Positions 16,489 through 26,665 of a stretch of DNA of 48,984 nt are shown here, one piece after another; position 1 is the stretch's first letter, and each line of letters starts with the position of its first letter. Below the pieces are notes generated by a model. The model saw only the letters and a program-made list of their open reading frames with translations, had not been told where the DNA came from and ran no database searches. This stretch comes from a virus: positions 1-48,984 of the IMG/VR virus record IMGVR_UViG_3300050015_000397; one strand, 5' to 3'. Position numbers and translations under genes: made by a program.

Positions 16489-17484
16489 ATGCCTCAGATG
16501 ATTAATAGGAGTAATTTCGCGGATTTTAACAACAATCTTACGATTGCTTGGACGAAATCTTACGCGGATTTTCCAAAGCGGGCGAGTGTCTTGTACAACA
16601 TGCAGTCAACCGAAGTTGATACAGGCGACATTTCCGGTTTGGATGGCTTTTCTGTAGCCAAGAGAAAGCGCGAAGGTGCTGATATGGCCTTTGGCAGCTT
16701 GACTCAAAATTACAGAAAAACATGGTCGACTTACGAAATTGCTTTGTCGACAAAGATTACTTGGAACATGCGCAAGTATGCCAAGTATGACCTCATCCAA
16801 AAAGCAATTAATAATCTTGCTCAAAGCGCGGCAAAACGCATGGAGTACGATTTGACCCACAGATTTACTTTTGCCAATAGCATTTCTTACACCTCACTTG
16901 AAGGTGAAACTGTAACCACGACCGTGGGAGACACGCTTGCTTTGTTAAGCGCTGTCCACACAATGCCCGGCACTTCCACCACTTTCCGAAACCGTGTTGC
17001 TAACAACCCGGTACTTTCTAAAGGTGGATTAGAAGCTGCTGAAACATTGTTTGCTACCCAGATGATTGATACTAACGGTGAGACGACCTTCCAGGATCCG
17101 ACTCACTTGGTTATTACCAATGATCCGAACACCAAAAATACTGCTATGCAGTATTTGAAGAGCTACGCTGACCCGACGGCCAGCCAAGCCGGTGTGATGA
17201 ATCCGTACGAAGGCAAATACGGTTTGATAATTTTGCCTTATCTGTCTACGACTGCTGCCGGTGTTTATGACAGCACCAAAGCGAAGATGTGGTTCTTGGT
17301 TAACATGAATCACAAAGACGCTTACTGCAAAGTCGGTCAAGATCCGATGTTTATTACCCCGTCCGATAACGGCGGTAAAGACATTTCTACTCTTGATTGG
17401 ACTTATGATACCTTGGCTTCTTATGCTTTAGAAATCGTAGACCCGAGATGGGTAGTGGGTAGCTTGGCGGATGCATCTGCTTGA
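16489..17484 (+). CDS. Major capsid protein (putative, 331 aa)
   Basis: Size, position after the scaffold gene, and a strong hairpin directly downstream. Confidence 0.7.
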   Translation: MPQMINRSNFADFNNNLTIAWTKSYADFPKRASVLYNMQSTEVDTGDISGLDGFSVAKRKREGADMAFGSLTQNYRKTWSTYEIALSTKITWNMRKYAKYDLIQKAINNLAQSAAKRMEYDLTHRFTFANSISYTSLEGETVTTTVGDTLALLSAVHTMPGTSTTFRNRVANNPVLSKGGLEAAETLFATQMIDTNGETTFQDPTHLVITNDPNTKNTAMQYLKSYADPTASQAGVMNPYEGKYGLIILPYLSTTAAGVYDSTKAKMWFLVNMNHKDAYCKVGQDPMFITPSDNGGKDISTLDWTYDTLASYALEIVDPRWVVGSLADASA

Positions 17485-17516
17485 ACCTTCGTTCACCTAG
17501 TGTAAAATCAATTAAC

Positions 17517-17579
17517 AAGAGCCCAGTCTAGTCTCGAGCAAAGGCTCGGACGAGGTTGGATGGTAGGGGCTGGGCTCTT
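17517..17579 (+). terminator. Compound hairpin after the capsid gene
   Basis: aagagcccag (17517-17526) pairs perfectly with ctgggctctt (17570-17579); there are inner stems. No clean T-run follows. Confidence 0.6.
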
Positions 17580-17593
17580 ATGAAGGAATTAAA

Positions 17594-18535
17594 ATGCCTA
17601 ATTATAATTTAAACTCAAATTACGGCCAACTTACTGCTTTGGCAATGTTGACTGCTAGTCCATATAGTGTTACTGGTGGTAAAACTTTTGTGGTCTGTCC
17701 AACAGCTCATCCAAACTTTACCAACCTTCAGGCTCTTTTTGTTCCTGACGCTGATGGTACTAATAGATTCTTCACAACTTTTGCCGCAGCACACACTGCT
17801 GCAACAGCAGCTCGTGGAGATGTAATTTTCATTGCTGAAGGCTACACCGAAGCTATTGTCGGTGCTGCTGGTAATGGTGTTACTAAAGCCGGTGTTCGCG
17901 TTATTGGTTTAGGTGACGGTGCTAATCGTCCAACCTTTAGCTTTACTACTGCGACCGCCGCGAGTTTTGATATTACTGCCGCGAATGTTCTGATCCAAAA
18001 TGTGGTATTTGCAGTTGGCTTTGATGCGGTAACGGCTTTAGTCAATGTGACTGCGGCCGATGTCTCGTTTAGGAACTGTGAATTTAGAACTAATACAGGT
18101 GCGTTTGGTGCAGTCACCGGTATTACAACTGCCGCCACCGCCACTCGCTTATTGGTAGATTCTTGCCGCTTTGTCGGTCCCGCTACCAACTCCGGTACTA
18201 CCACAACTGGTCAAATTAAGCATGAGTCTGGTATTGATTATGTAATTTCTAATAATTACTTTACCGGTAAAATGACTCAAGCTATTATTAATGTTGCCAC
18301 TGTTCTTGGTGGTCTTATTGATAATAACCGTGCTGTGGTTGCCACTGGTACTTTATTTGCTACCATGGCGGCTGCTTCCACTCCGTTCATTGTCAATAAT
18401 CGTATTAATGTACCGTCTGGTACAACTCCGATTACTGCTGCCGCGGGATTTGTTGCGGGAAATATGTACTCAGCTGCCGCAGGTGTTACGTCCACTGGTG
18501 GAACAAGCTCCAACGCTGCTGTTACAACTCTTTAA
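17594..18535 (+). CDS. Ala/Thr/Gly-rich structural protein, beta-helix-like repeats (313 aa)
   Basis: Repeating hydrophobic-x-hydrophobic segments such as ITAANVLIQNVVF, VTAADVSFRNCEF, LLVDSCRF. Confidence 0.65.
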   Translation: MPNYNLNSNYGQLTALAMLTASPYSVTGGKTFVVCPTAHPNFTNLQALFVPDADGTNRFFTTFAAAHTAATAARGDVIFIAEGYTEAIVGAAGNGVTKAGVRVIGLGDGANRPTFSFTTATAASFDITAANVLIQNVVFAVGFDAVTALVNVTAADVSFRNCEFRTNTGAFGAVTGITTAATATRLLVDSCRFVGPATNSGTTTTGQIKHESGIDYVISNNYFTGKMTQAIINVATVLGGLIDNNRAVVATGTLFATMAAASTPFIVNNRINVPSGTTPITAAAGFVAGNMYSAAAGVTSTGGTSSNAAVTTL

Positions 18536-18558
18536 AAATTTAATATTACTTACTACCT

Positions 18559-18578
18559 TTGGCCCTTTACGGGGCCAG
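18559..18578 (+). terminator. Small hairpin ttggccc-tttacg-gggccag
   Basis: Stem 18559-18565 pairs with 18572-18578 (five G-C pairs, one T-A, one terminal G.U); no T-run. Confidence 0.35.
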
Positions 18579-18608
18579 GGATTGGTAAATAATTAAACGA
18601 ATAAATTT

Positions 18609-19280
18609 ATGTATAACCCTACAGTGGTATCGTACACACTTTTTGATACCATCACTCCACAAACGTTGACATCAAGTACTGATGCCACACCTGTGGTCGT
18701 TACCAAAACCGCCCATGGTTATTCCACGGGTGATGTTTTGGCTATTAGTGGACACACCACTAACGTAGCCGCAAATGGTGTTCGCAGAATTACCGTTTTA
18801 ACCGCGAATACATTTTCGCTTCAGGATCCGTATTCTAATGCGAATATTGCTGGTTCTGGCGCTGGAGCGGGAGCAAATGGCATTGCCATGGCTACTGCAA
18901 AAGTGGTAAACGTAGATGGTTTTAGGCGCGCGGTATTGAGTTTTATCACTGCTGGTACAGCGACTTTGACCATGAAGATTGCAGGATCTACCGGAAAAAT
19001 GATTGGGGATCTTACAACTACTCCGTATGACGACACTCCAAACATGGGTGGTACGTTGACTGATGCTAATTATTACAACTTTTTGTCTTATACAGATTTA
19101 GATGCCGTGGCAAGTGGTCTTCAGACTGTAACTGCCGGAGCTACTGGGTTCGCGGTCGTGGGTACTGACTTTAACAAGACAGTAAGTATAGATATAACTG
19201 GATTAAAATATCTAGCTTTAATTCCGACTGCATTTACCCAAGGTTCTGTTTCCGCGAAACTTCGTTTATATTCAGATTAA
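18609..19280 (+). CDS. Virion structural protein (223 aa)
   Basis: ORF in the structural block. Confidence 0.7.
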   Translation: MYNPTVVSYTLFDTITPQTLTSSTDATPVVVTKTAHGYSTGDVLAISGHTTNVAANGVRRITVLTANTFSLQDPYSNANIAGSGAGAGANGIAMATAKVVNVDGFRRAVLSFITAGTATLTMKIAGSTGKMIGDLTTTPYDDTPNMGGTLTDANYYNFLSYTDLDAVASGLQTVTAGATGFAVVGTDFNKTVSIDITGLKYLALIPTAFTQGSVSAKLRLYSD

Positions 19281-19294
19281 TAATCTAAACTCTC

Positions 19295-20470
19295 ATGCTC
19301 GAGTTCAAGCAAAGCGAACAAAACACTGTCCGTCGCCAATGGCTTTTTCAGCTTATCGGACAGATTGTAAATAACGAAGTTCCTGCGGGCGCGACCCCGG
19401 GCACTAGCTTTACTTTGGCTTATTTGCCGGATGCCAACAGTTTAAAGCTGACCAATAACGGCCAGCTTCTTACGGGCGGAGGAGTGGACTACACTTTGGT
19501 TTCTCAGACTTTGACGATGGTAAATACTGTCGGCGCTACTGACGTGTTCCTTGCTTCTTATTCTGTTCCCGCGCTTACTGGGCAGACCGGTAAAGGCTAC
19601 GTTTCTAAAAACGGCGCGACTGCTGTACAGACGACAAACTCCATGGTGGAAATTGATGCCACTAACATGCCGGGCTTCTACTACATTGCTTTGACTGCCG
19701 GTGAACTTGACACTCTTGGTTTTATCGGCTTACGGGTAAAAACTGCGCAGTCGCTTGAATATCAGGATAAGGCCCTTGTTTCTTACAACGACCCCTATGC
19801 TTCCCAGGGTGGTTTTGTCGCGCCCTCTAATGCTACAGGAATGAGCACCGGGATTACCAAGACCCAGGCTGATGACTTATTGAAAAAAATCCGCAAGATG
19901 ATAGCCGAAGAATTTGCGAAAGACGAAGAAGAGGATGATGCGGAAGAAATTGTGGAACAGAAAGATTATACGGAAAAGCTGGACGCGATTATGGCACAGT
20001 GCCAGGCGATGCAGGATTCTATGGATGATATGGAAATGCCGGAAATGGATTTAACCCCTGTTATGGAAGCTATCGGAAAATTGCCGAAACCGAATGATTA
20101 TTCCAAAGATTTTATCGGACTTCAGGCTACTATTACCGCGACACTGCCGGTGGTCACTGAATTTGCCACGGCGGTTAATGAATTTGAAAATAAGCTATCT
20201 GTTTCCGGTAAAGATTTTACTGCCATCTCCACCGAATTAACAACGCTTAAAACCAGTTTTGAAGCGCTTACTAAAACTATGGAAGATTATAAAGCAACTC
20301 TGGCTGATCAGTCTGATTTGGACAAGCGTATGGACACTATGGTATCCGGTAAAAATCAGGCAAAGATGGATGAGTTTTCCAAGAAATTTGTGGAACTTCA
20401 GACTCAATTTGTGAATTTTAAGTATGACGTTTTGGAGATGTTAAAATTCGGTAAAATAACTAAGAAATAA
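19295..20470 (+). CDS. Virion structural protein with acidic coiled-coil C-terminal half (391 aa)
   Basis: ORF in the structural block. Confidence 0.7.
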   Translation: MLEFKQSEQNTVRRQWLFQLIGQIVNNEVPAGATPGTSFTLAYLPDANSLKLTNNGQLLTGGGVDYTLVSQTLTMVNTVGATDVFLASYSVPALTGQTGKGYVSKNGATAVQTTNSMVEIDATNMPGFYYIALTAGELDTLGFIGLRVKTAQSLEYQDKALVSYNDPYASQGGFVAPSNATGMSTGITKTQADDLLKKIRKMIAEEFAKDEEEDDAEEIVEQKDYTEKLDAIMAQCQAMQDSMDDMEMPEMDLTPVMEAIGKLPKPNDYSKDFIGLQATITATLPVVTEFATAVNEFENKLSVSGKDFTAISTELTTLKTSFEALTKTMEDYKATLADQSDLDKRMDTMVSGKNQAKMDEFSKKFVELQTQFVNFKYDVLEMLKFGKITKK

Positions 20471-20474
20471 TATT

Positions 20475-21698
20475 ATGTCCCTCTATCCATTCACCGTGAG
20501 TGAACTAAAATCTCTAGTCAACACCCGCATCCATAATAAGATCGGCTTAATTGCTGATGTACGCGGAAGTCTTAATAATGCCGTGAACTTGGCCGTGGAT
20601 AAATTTCGTTCCCAGAAAAGGCGCTCTCCACTAGCTCCTAACCTTTTTAACGATATTTACCAGTATGCAGCACCAAGCGACATTGAAGCGAATAATCTTA
20701 TAGGTATTCAGCCGCAGTCAGGGGACAGAAGCCGTAATAATATCTGGGAATACGTTTCCGAGGAAGAGTTTGACATTCGGAAGCAGTCCGACACTAATTT
20801 AGTGGCTTTTGCTGACCATACTTTTTTAAAAACACTTTTAATTTCTTCTTATAATGGAAGTTTAAAAGAACTTTCCATCGCTGGACTTCAGGGGTTGACT
20901 GGAGATTCTGCCTCAGGTGCTTCTTGGGCAGCGTTCGGCAATGCTACGAATTTACAGACCGATACTTTTAATTTTATTAAAGGCAACGGCAGTTTGCAAT
21001 TTAATCTTTCTGCTGGTGGGACTACGGCAGGAGTAGTTTTGACTACTGTAAATACTTTTGACCTAACTTCCTATGCTAATGCCGGGAGTGTTTTCTCCTG
21101 GGTTTATATTGCCACGGTTGCCGATGTTACTAACGTAAAGTTGCGTTTAGGAAATAATGCCGGAAATTATTATGAACTGACAGCTACCACTCCGAATGAC
21201 GGCACGTCCTTTGTTAATGGTTGGAACTTAGTGAGGTTTGATTTTAACTCTAAAACTACCCAAGGTTCTCCTGTCCAGACTACCTGCGCTTATGCGGCGT
21301 TGTTCTTTACCTTGTCTGGCGCGGCCTTAACCACTGCCGGATATAGATTTAACTGGCTCAACGCCAAGCAAGGGCAGATTTCTAACCTGGTTTATTACGG
21401 CACCTATTTATTCCAATCCGTGATTGGTACTTATTTAAACAAATCTACGCTTGATACCGATTATATTGTCTGCGATCACGATGAGTTTCCAATGATTGTG
21501 GAAAAAGCAGTTGAAGTTTTGGGCAACGCGGCTCGGGAATATCAGGATGCGGCTTTGGCTAAAACTAATTATGACACGATGATTAAGGCGTACAAGCGAC
21601 AAAATCCAACGGAGACACTTTCAATGGTACAGACTTATCACTATATGGATAGAGGAGTAAATAGGAACGATTCTAAAAGTAATATTTGGTTGAGGTAA
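20475..21698 (+). CDS. Virion structural protein (407 aa)
   Basis: ORF in the structural block. Confidence 0.7.
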   Translation: MSLYPFTVSELKSLVNTRIHNKIGLIADVRGSLNNAVNLAVDKFRSQKRRSPLAPNLFNDIYQYAAPSDIEANNLIGIQPQSGDRSRNNIWEYVSEEEFDIRKQSDTNLVAFADHTFLKTLLISSYNGSLKELSIAGLQGLTGDSASGASWAAFGNATNLQTDTFNFIKGNGSLQFNLSAGGTTAGVVLTTVNTFDLTSYANAGSVFSWVYIATVADVTNVKLRLGNNAGNYYELTATTPNDGTSFVNGWNLVRFDFNSKTTQGSPVQTTCAYAALFFTLSGAALTTAGYRFNWLNAKQGQISNLVYYGTYLFQSVIGTYLNKSTLDTDYIVCDHDEFPMIVEKAVEVLGNAAREYQDAALAKTNYDTMIKAYKRQNPTETLSMVQTYHYMDRGVNRNDSKSNIWLR

Positions 21699-21699
21699 T

Positions 21700-23799
21700 A
21701 TGGCCCAAGATTTTCTCATCGACATTTCAGATTTTTCCCAAGGGTTACAACTTTTGGCGGCGTCTCAAGATGCCCCTATAGGTTCGGCGCGCCAAATGTC
21801 GAATATGACGATAACGGATAGATTTGGTATTGGTCCCCGTCCCGGCACTTCCATATTAGGAACGTACGATGCCGGTACAACTGGATGTGATGGGTTTTAT
21901 AACTTTTTAAAAAGCGGGCAAGAGGGTGAGATTCCTGTTAAAGCTTCTAATGGTCAGCTTAAATATTTTCATCCTACTCTTTTAGATTGGGCATTACTAA
22001 AATCCAATTACACTGTTGGGGCAGAGTTCGGTTTTAAAGAAAATTTAGTTAATACTGAAAATGAAGATTACCTCTACTGGGGCAACGGCGTGGAAAATTA
22101 TTCCCGCTGGCCTGGATCAACAACCACTTTAAACGGCGCGTTTGTTTCCGGAACCACTTTAACTGTAGCGTCTACTTTAAAAGCTCCGGTCTTTGAATCT
22201 GGCACTTCTACCGCAACATCCGCTACAACCGTAACAGATTCTACAAAGACTTGGGCAGCATCATATTGGATTAGCTACTATGTCCTAATAACTTCTGGCG
22301 CTCAGTCCGGCAAAATTTCTAAAATAACGGCGAATACTTCTAATCAACTTACTTTTGACGCAATAACCGATCCAGTAGCCGGAGCTACTTATCAGATTGT
22401 CATGCCGAAGTTTCCCCCTACCGGGAAATTGACTGTCGGTACAACTACGGTAACTTATAGCGCTGTCCCCACTTCTACAACTTTTACCATAACCGACCCG
22501 GCTGTAGGCATAGCTGATAAATCTGCTGTTACCTTGCAGCCGACCGAATATCCGGCCGCACCGCGCGGTAATCGTTTAGAGACTTACCAGAACCGTATGA
22601 TTGTAGGTAATGTGCAGTCCGGTCAAAATCGTGACGCTTCGGGTAATCTTCAAGGCGCGCAGTCTACGGCTACTATTTATGTCAGTAAGATAAAAAATGC
22701 CGCGGATTTTGGATTTTCTGCGCCTAGAGTTGCCGGGGAAGGAGACTTTTTGACGGCACCTTACGGTGGAGGAAATATAACGGATGTTTCAAATTTTGAA
22801 GATTCTTTTGTAGTATTTAAAAAATATTATATTGAACTTGATAGTTATCCCACGAATGTTGCTACGGATATTGTAAAGACCACTCCTTTAAAACAACAAT
22901 TCGGCTCCCTTAACCATGTGGTCAAAGGTCGCGACGATATTTATTTTGTTACGGCCGATAATCAGATTACTTCTTTAGGCCGCGTTAAACTGACTGATAC
23001 CATTCCACAGACCGTGAATGTCGGACTGATTGTTAAACGCCTGATTGATACTTTTGATTTTTCTTCCGTGGTCGGGCATGAACTTGCTCAGAGAATTTTA
23101 TTCGCTTGTAAGCAGAAAGTAGGGGATGCGAAAAATAACCAGATTATTGTTTATAACAAGCAAACTAAGAGCTTTGAGGGAATTTGGTATTTGAACGCTT
23201 CTCAATTTGACTTATACGGGGGGAAACTCTACGCGGCCGACTCTACCAGCCCGAATGTATACCAGCTTTTTACGGCTGACCATAACGACGTGCGTTCTGC
23301 ATCCGTGAAGTTTGGCATTACTTCTTCCTGGAAATCCAACTGGATTCACATGGTTCCTCGCCGTTCCCGCTTCCGCGTTAAACCATCCCAGTTCCAGACT
23401 ATGGGAATTAACTGTATGGGCTTTGAAGGTATTATTGCTGACGGAACTGTAGTTACTTTTTCTCTGATGAAAGATTTTACAGAAACTCCGGTTATGAATT
23501 TTGATTTTGGTATTCTACCGGACGATGAAGTTTTTATGCAAGGCGCGGAACTCGGAGCTTTTTTAGGACAAAATCCATTAGGTCTTGCCCCGCTTGGTAC
23601 AATCTCTGACCCTGCTCCTGACGGTACTAGACACTTTAAATTTGTAGTTTATTTTCCGGATATTTACAGTAACTATCTCAGCATCGGAGTAGACAACTCG
23701 GGAAAAAATCAGAATTGGGAAATAAACAGATTTGGTATAGGAACTTCAGAGGAGACAATTTATGACGCTGCAACAATTAAGGATATATCAACTAATTAA
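21700..23799 (+). CDS. Large virion structural protein, possibly tail tube/nozzle (699 aa)
   Basis: Size and order resemble the T7 gp12 position. This is inference only. Confidence 0.7.
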   Translation: MAQDFLIDISDFSQGLQLLAASQDAPIGSARQMSNMTITDRFGIGPRPGTSILGTYDAGTTGCDGFYNFLKSGQEGEIPVKASNGQLKYFHPTLLDWALLKSNYTVGAEFGFKENLVNTENEDYLYWGNGVENYSRWPGSTTTLNGAFVSGTTLTVASTLKAPVFESGTSTATSATTVTDSTKTWAASYWISYYVLITSGAQSGKISKITANTSNQLTFDAITDPVAGATYQIVMPKFPPTGKLTVGTTTVTYSAVPTSTTFTITDPAVGIADKSAVTLQPTEYPAAPRGNRLETYQNRMIVGNVQSGQNRDASGNLQGAQSTATIYVSKIKNAADFGFSAPRVAGEGDFLTAPYGGGNITDVSNFEDSFVVFKKYYIELDSYPTNVATDIVKTTPLKQQFGSLNHVVKGRDDIYFVTADNQITSLGRVKLTDTIPQTVNVGLIVKRLIDTFDFSSVVGHELAQRILFACKQKVGDAKNNQIIVYNKQTKSFEGIWYLNASQFDLYGGKLYAADSTSPNVYQLFTADHNDVRSASVKFGITSSWKSNWIHMVPRRSRFRVKPSQFQTMGINCMGFEGIIADGTVVTFSLMKDFTETPVMNFDFGILPDDEVFMQGAELGAFLGQNPLGLAPLGTISDPAPDGTRHFKFVVYFPDIYSNYLSIGVDNSGKNQNWEINRFGIGTSEETIYDAATIKDISTN

Positions 23800-23810
23800 T
23801 TTAAAAATAT

Positions 23811-25115
23811 ATGGCTCTCTCTTTTGCACCAAGTGTCCCCACAAAAAGACTTGCCGCCTCCCTGCTTTCCTCGGGAACGTCTTTTTCGCTGGTTGATTAT
23901 TTATCCTGGGCAGGGATGCAGGATAAAACTACCGTCCTGGTTGCCGCTGATTTTCCTCCTATCGGCAGAGGCGTATTCCGCAGTATCGATAATAAAAAAA
24001 TAGAATTTTTCACTTTCGACCCGGCTACTATAGCCGGTCCGATAACTATTCTGGCGCGCGGTCTTGATTACAAAGGCGGAGTTGTTGATGGAGCCGGTGT
24101 AAAGTACGATTGGGATCCATACTCCACACTCGTTGAGCTTGGTTCCAACCCCCCTGCCGAAGCGGAAGATTATGTGGATAAAACAAGCGACCAGACTATA
24201 AGCGGACTGATTACTTTTATTCAAAATCCTGTCGGATTAAATCCGGGAGCGGCCGCGGACGCTTCTACAACGGTTAAGGGAGTTACTAAAATGAGCGTAG
24301 CTCCTGCCTCTGCCACTTCTCCGATTGCGGTTGGGCAGAATGACCCAATTCTTTCTACTACCACAGCTTCTTCGGCTAACAATAAATTAATAACTCAACT
24401 TGATTTCCAAAAAGCTCAAGAAACCTACATTGCTTCTACTGGCAGTGCTAATGCTTATGTAGTGACTTTAGCTCCGGCGGTAGCGGCTTTACTGGAAGGT
24501 CAAACATTTTCTTTTAAAGCTAATTTTGCCAATACTGGTGCTGCGACCCTGGCTTTAAATGGACTGACGGCAAAAGCTATTACAAAAAATGGTACTACTG
24601 CTTTAATAGCTAATGATATTTTAAGTGGACAAATTATTACTGTTAGGTATGACGGAACACAGTTCCAAATGTTAAGTCCTTCGGGTATCGTTGTTTATAG
24701 TTCTCCAACTGCGGCAGTAGTAAATAATACCAGTACCACAACAAAAACTACGGACACGGCTTTTACTACAACCTTCACTCCTAAGGCAATTACGATTTAT
24801 TATTCTCTTGTAGGAAATAACTCCGGAGCAAATACCGCCTCATGTAGCACAGGTGTCGCAACTTATGACGGAACTACTTTGAAAGGTAATTTAGCTATAT
24901 GGGAAAGTCTTACTTATAATGCCGGCGCTACAGGTAATACTGCCGCCGTAGTTGCCCACAACCCAACAGCCGGTGCTGCCGGAGGTACTTATGGTGGGAC
25001 GGTAACTTTAAGCGTGTTAAGTGTAAGTGCCACTGGATTTACGATTAGAGAGACTTATGCCCAAACGGGAGGTGCAACACTCTCTGCTTCTTATTCCGTA
25101 GTCGCTAATCAATAA
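23811..25115 (+). CDS. Thr/Ala-rich tail fibre/spike-like protein (434 aa)
   Basis: Composition and position. Confidence 0.65.
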   Translation: MALSFAPSVPTKRLAASLLSSGTSFSLVDYLSWAGMQDKTTVLVAADFPPIGRGVFRSIDNKKIEFFTFDPATIAGPITILARGLDYKGGVVDGAGVKYDWDPYSTLVELGSNPPAEAEDYVDKTSDQTISGLITFIQNPVGLNPGAAADASTTVKGVTKMSVAPASATSPIAVGQNDPILSTTTASSANNKLITQLDFQKAQETYIASTGSANAYVVTLAPAVAALLEGQTFSFKANFANTGAATLALNGLTAKAITKNGTTALIANDILSGQIITVRYDGTQFQMLSPSGIVVYSSPTAAVVNNTSTTTKTTDTAFTTTFTPKAITIYYSLVGNNSGANTASCSTGVATYDGTTLKGNLAIWESLTYNAGATGNTAAVVAHNPTAGAAGGTYGGTVTLSVLSVSATGFTIRETYAQTGGATLSASYSVVANQ

Positions 25116-25134
25116 TTAACTATTCTAAACTCTT

Positions 25135-26664
25135 ATGGACGCTCCAACAGGGCCACAAAATCCAGTAGCTGCCGGAGGCTTTATAGGCCCTACCCAGGCA
25201 GACCAATTATCTCCGGCTTTCGCTACGGCTCTTGCCAGTCCTACTGGGGCAGGAGTCCAAGCAAGTAGCGGGGGTGCGACTAATTATTATCAGCAAGCTA
25301 CGCCGACATCGGCTGTGGTGAGTTCAAGCAGTCCGTTTCAGACGCAGATAACGAATACGCAGAATACCACCAACGGTTTGGCCGGGCAGACCGTAGTCCC
25401 TCCTCCAAAGACCAACCCGGACGGCACACCTTCGACTGGTTATACTTGGCCGGATGACACTACTGGTCATGCTGTTCCCTACACTGGAAAAACTTATCAA
25501 TATCCTGATGGGACTTCTAATCACATTGTTCCATATAATGCTAATCAGGATCCGAATGTAATAGCCAGTGATACTGCGGCAAAAAAAGTACAAACAGATA
25601 AAGAAGCTCTTTTACAGCAACAGCGTGACCAGGAAATTAAGGATTTAACTACTAAGTTCGGTACCGATAAGACTAATTTACAGTTTAATAATGATAATGA
25701 GACAGGTGGTTCTGTCCGTAACTTAATGGCGCTTCAACAGGGTGGCCAAAGCGCTTCGGCTATGGATTATATTAGCCACTTAACTACACTGCACGACCAG
25801 TCTATGACCGCACTCCAGAGCCAGTATGATAGTGCGGTTAATAAAGCGAAAATGGCTTATACAGACGCGGATTTTAAGTTAGCCGATCAATATAATGCAA
25901 GCGCCGCGGCAATTTTAAAAGACGCTAATGACAGGAATGATAAATTCCAGGCGGAATTAAATACTCAGATTGACAACGCTAGAGCTGACGCGGCCCAGAA
26001 GTTTACGGAACAGCAGGCGGTTGTTAAAGCTAATACGGACAACTTTAATTGGGCTAGGGATAACGGCCTTGCAGCCGGAGCGCAGTTTTACGCATCAGGC
26101 GGCCAGATTTATTTTGCCAGCGGTCCGAATAAAGGTGCAAGTGCCGGTTCTACTCCTGAGGAGTTAGCCGCAAATGGTGTTGATACAACCAGTGGGACAC
26201 TTTCTAATGTGCAGATGATGACAGCAAAGAGGACAGGAGATCTTGGGGCTATGGATTCATATAATGAAGGATTAAAAGCCGAAGGTAAACAACCTCTTGA
26301 TCCTGTACAGTGGTACAATAAACAACAGCAAGATAAAATTAATACTGCCGCGGCCGGCCGTTCAATTACTGTAGCTCAACAACAGTATGATTTGACCCAG
26401 AAGCAGACGGCTGATTTGCAAAGCTTGGTTAGTTACTGGCAGAATAATAATCTTATTGCCGGCAACAAAACAGTTAGTTCGGAAAACTATAAGGCCGGAA
26501 AGCAGAAATTTGTTTCTGAATATGGTTCTGATGCTGGACCCGCTTATGATAAAGCTATGGCTGTATTTGTGGACGCGACAAATCAAGGTGGTACTAAGAT
26601 AGATCCAAAAACAGGATCGTCAATTAAAACTCCTGATTACAAAGCTGATTATGGAATAAATTAA
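25135..26664 (+). CDS. Q/N/A-rich coiled-coil virion protein, possibly an internal/ejection protein (509 aa)
   Basis: Composition, and position before the giant ORF. Confidence 0.65.
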   Translation: MDAPTGPQNPVAAGGFIGPTQADQLSPAFATALASPTGAGVQASSGGATNYYQQATPTSAVVSSSSPFQTQITNTQNTTNGLAGQTVVPPPKTNPDGTPSTGYTWPDDTTGHAVPYTGKTYQYPDGTSNHIVPYNANQDPNVIASDTAAKKVQTDKEALLQQQRDQEIKDLTTKFGTDKTNLQFNNDNETGGSVRNLMALQQGGQSASAMDYISHLTTLHDQSMTALQSQYDSAVNKAKMAYTDADFKLADQYNASAAAILKDANDRNDKFQAELNTQIDNARADAAQKFTEQQAVVKANTDNFNWARDNGLAAGAQFYASGGQIYFASGPNKGASAGSTPEELAANGVDTTSGTLSNVQMMTAKRTGDLGAMDSYNEGLKAEGKQPLDPVQWYNKQQQDKINTAAAGRSITVAQQQYDLTQKQTADLQSLVSYWQNNNLIAGNKTVSSENYKAGKQKFVSEYGSDAGPAYDKAMAVFVDATNQGGTKIDPKTGSSIKTPDYKADYGIN

Positions 26665-26665
26665 T